Below are positions 27,003-29,287 of a stretch of DNA of 29,287 nt, one piece after another. Within the stretch, counting starts at the first letter, position 1. Every line of letters begins with the position of its first letter. Under the pieces are notes generated by a model. That model made no database searches. It had not been told where the DNA came from and was given only the letters and a program-made list of their open reading frames with translations. The stretch lies in contig PBAU01000012.1 of assembly GCA_002716355.1 (NCBI GenBank), forward strand, positions 1 to 29,287, in the 5' to 3' direction. Source of the stretch: a bacterium (lineage in GTDB: Bacteria; UBP7; UBA6624). Both the position numbers and the translations under genes were made by a program.

Positions 27003-28226
27003 ATGAAAGAAAAAAATTTTTTATTATCTATTGATACTAAAAAAATTAAATATGGTTTAATCAGAACCCAAAAACTATTAGCAGCATGTAATAGTCCTCA
27101 GAAAAATATTAAGGCAATACAAGTTGTAGGAACCAATGGCAAAGGGACAACTTGTGCTATGTTGGCTAATGTTTTAATAAATAATAATTATAAAGTTGGC
27201 CTGTTTACATCACCCCATCTAATTGATATTAATGAAAGAATCAGCGTAAACTTTCAAAATATCCCGGATTCTTATATTAAGTTGTTTATTAATCAATATA
27301 AAAATAAAATCAATGATATACAGCCATCTTTTTTTGAAATAATGACAGTATTAAGTATTTGTTATTTTAAATATATGAAAGTTGATTTTGCAATTTTAGA
27401 AACTGGTTTAGGCGGAAGATTAGATAGCATAACAGCGGTACAATCTCCAATCATATTGTTTACTTCGATATCTTACGATCATATGTCAATTTTAGGAGAC
27501 ACGTTAGAAAAAATTGCAAAGGAAAAAATTGGTGCACTCACAGAAAAAACTCAAAAAATTTACTCAGTCCATCAGCCCGGCCCTGTTAAGCGCATATTTA
27601 AAAGACATGCTGCTAAACTAAATAAAAATATTCATTTTATATCTACTAAAAATCCATCAGCATTACAATTAAAATACTTACAAGGCATTCACCAAAAAGA
27701 AAATGCCCAGCTTGCTATATATACTTTATATGATATGGCTAAAATATATAATATTAAATTGCAAAATATTATACAACATATAGGTCAAACATTTTGGCCA
27801 GGCAGAATTCAGTATATCAATACAAATCCAGATATTTTATTTGATGTTGGACACAATGAAAGCGGCATTGATGCTTTTTGCAAATATTTTAAAACAATTT
27901 TAAAAAACTATAATAAAAAATATTTAGTTGTAGGCTTTGAAGATGGCAAAGAAGTGTCTAAGGCACTACAAAGTCTAACCAAACTGTTTGATAATATTAC
28001 TATTACAGAAACAAAAATACGCAATAGTATGAAAGCAGAAAAAATCAAATTATTGTTAACTAATGTATCTGTAAATATTGAAAGCAATCCCCAAAAAGCA
28101 ATCAGCAATAATATTAATATTATAGAAAAAAAAGATATTTTAGTAATACTAGGGAGTCATTATTTTGGCCCCCATCTAAAGAGTATATTTAAAAATTGCT
28201 TTGATAAACCCAGTAAATACCCTTAA
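27003..28226 (+). CDS. folC: Folylpolyglutamate synthase / dihydrofolate synthase
   Basis: 407 aa. It has the Mur-ligase P-loop [33 protein letters not shown] and a C-terminal Mur ligase domain. Confidence 0.88.
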   Translation: MKEKNFLLSIDTKKIKYGLIRTQKLLAACNSPQKNIKAIQVVGTNGKGTTCAMLANVLINNNYKVGLFTSPHLIDINERISVNFQNIPDSYIKLFINQYKNKINDIQPSFFEIMTVLSICYFKYMKVDFAILETGLGGRLDSITAVQSPIILFTSISYDHMSILGDTLEKIAKEKIGALTEKTQKIYSVHQPGPVKRIFKRHAAKLNKNIHFISTKNPSALQLKYLQGIHQKENAQLAIYTLYDMAKIYNIKLQNIIQHIGQTFWPGRIQYINTNPDILFDVGHNESGIDAFCKYFKTILKNYNKKYLVVGFEDGKEVSKALQSLTKLFDNITITETKIRNSMKAEKIKLLLTNVSVNIESNPQKAISNNINIIEKKDILVILGSHYFGPHLKSIFKNCFDKPSKYP

Positions 28227-28283
28227 CTTTTATTGAAAGATATTCTCATCTTTATGCCTCAGAGGTCAACAAAAGTTTTAATC

Positions 28284-28289
28284 AGGAGA
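28284..28289 (+). promoter_or_regulatory. Strong Shine-Dalgarno AGGAGA, 5 nt upstream of the rho ATG
   Basis: Read directly from the sequence. It contrasts with the SD-less starts of nearly all other genes in the window. Confidence 0.6.
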
Positions 28290-28294
28290 AAATA

Positions 28295-29287
28295 ATGCAA
28301 ACAAGCGAACTGGTGCGTTTAACAGTTAAAGAGTTACAAGAAATAGCAAAAAAGCTAAATATTAAAGAAATTTCTGGTACACGAAAACAAGACTTAATCA
28401 AACTAATTCTTGAATCAGAAGCAAAAAAAGAAGCAAAAATATATGCTGATGGAGTTTTAGAAGTAATGCCAGATGGATATGGTTTTTTACGATCACCAGA
28501 ATATAATTATTTACCTGGTCCAGATGATATATATGTTTCGCATTCACAAATTAAAAGATTTAGATTAAAAACTGGCCATTTAGTATCAGGTCAAGTAAGA
28601 CCACCAAAAGACAATGAAAGATTTTTTGCTTTATTAAGAGTTGAAAAAATTAATAATATAGATCCAGATCAAAATAGAAATTTAATTTATTTTGATAATT
28701 TGACTCCCCTTTATCCTGAAGAATTGATAAAATTAGAAACTACAGAAAGAAATTTTTCTACACGTATTATTGATATGTTAGCTCCAATAGGAAAAGGACA
28801 AAGAGGACTCATAGTTGCACAGCCAAAAACAGGAAAAACAATTTTATTGCAAAAAATTGCTAATTCTATAACTGCAAATGATACATCAATAAAATTAATT
28901 ATTTTATTAATTGATGAGCGTCCAGAAGAAGTTACTGATATGGCAAGAAGCGTACAAGCTGAAGTTGTAGCCTCAACATTTGATGAGCCCGCCGTTAGAC
29001 ATGTACAAGTTGCTGAAATGGTTATTGAAAAAGCAAAAAGATGTGTTGAGTCCGGAGATGATGTTGTCATTTTATTAGATTCAATTACAAGATTAGCAAG
29101 AGCATATAATACAGTAATTCCACATAGCGGAAAAATATTATCTGGTGGTGTGGATTCCAATGCACTTCATAAGCCTAAAAGATTTTTTGGTGCTGCACGA
29201 AATGTAGAAGATGGAGGTAGTTTAACTATTATTTCAACTGCATTAATTGATACTGGAAGTAGAATGGATGAAGTTATCTTTGAAGAA
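28295..29287 (+). CDS. rho: Transcription termination factor Rho (5' partial, runs off the right edge)
   Basis: This ORF is not in the ORF track because there is no stop within the window. The frame from ATG 28295 translates as [35 protein letters not shown]..., [39 protein letters not shown], Walker [26 protein letters not shown] and [20 protein letters not shown]. There are 331 in-frame codons to the window end. Confidence 0.95.
   Translation, partial: MQTSELVRLTVKELQEIAKKLNIKEISGTRKQDLIKLILESEAKKEAKIYADGVLEVMPDGYGFLRSPEYNYLPGPDDIYVSHSQIKRFRLKTGHLVSGQVRPPKDNERFFALLRVEKINNIDPDQNRNLIYFDNLTPLYPEELIKLETTERNFSTRIIDMLAPIGKGQRGLIVAQPKTGKTILLQKIANSITANDTSIKLIILLIDERPEEVTDMARSVQAEVVASTFDEPAVRHVQVAEMVIEKAKRCVESGDDVVILLDSITRLARAYNTVIPHSGKILSGGVDSNALHKPKRFFGAARNVEDGGSLTIISTALIDTGSRMDEVIFEE

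Noticed and set aside
28254-28295. 13-codon uORF ([13 protein letters not shown]) whose TAA overlaps the rho ATG (TAATG): possible leader peptide
   Set aside because: It has no SD or A-rich start context and is very short. There is no associated hairpin or attenuator structure. An ATG in 68 nt of AT-rich leader is expected by chance. It is worth revisiting only if conserved in relatives.
28711-29160. 149-aa minus-strand ORF in the ORF track
   Set aside because: It is antisense to the unmistakable rho coding frame (Walker A, Q/R loops). It is a shadow ORF. It appears in the track only because rho itself has no in-window stop and was not listed.

Overview
This is a compact, very AT-rich chromosomal segment (roughly 30% G+C by eye, not computed). 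It comes from a diderm, LPS-making bacterium that uses the standard genetic code: TGA terminates yggS, lpxK and the DUF374 gene, and Trp is TGG. I recognise 25 complete protein-coding genes plus 2 edge-truncated ones, and together they cover almost the whole window. In order they are: a replication/topology block (dnaN, a minimal DUF721/DciA-like ORF, gyrB, gyrA); yggS; a short ORF that looks like a decayed purine-nucleoside phosphorylase; typA/bipA; a DUF971-HAD pair; a 1076-aa secreted protein with FG-GAP-like loops and about 7 Ig/cadherin-like repeats; a lipid A operon (Gfo/Idh/MocA oxidoreductase, lpxB, DUF374, lpxK); an orphan 4-TM protein; a 5-gene Wzx-type glycan locus headed by a FemAB/CelD-like gene; eno-ftsB-amidase-murI-folC; and the 5' part of rho. 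I found no rRNA, tRNA, CRISPR, transposase/integrase, toxin-antitoxin or recognisable defence genes, and no convincing intrinsic terminators. I do not see a convincing novel multi-gene system, and most of the window is ordinary housekeeping. The items most worth a second look are: (1) the repeat-bearing AT-rich region upstream of dnaN, a candidate origin-unwinding element with no adjacent dnaA; (2) the glycan locus, which has a flippase and a FemAB-like enzyme but no polymerase or initiating transferase; (3) the large repeat surface protein; (4) a GnnA-like oxidoreductase coupled to lpxB; (5) the PNP-like relic ORF; (6) genome-architecture oddities, namely that all three convergent gene pairs overlap, poly-A stop/start overlaps recur, and Shine-Dalgarno sites are almost absent. 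Lineage cannot be assigned from this window. The traits suggest a streamlined low-GC diderm, possibly related to the FCB group. All family assignments come from motif recognition by eye, not from searches.
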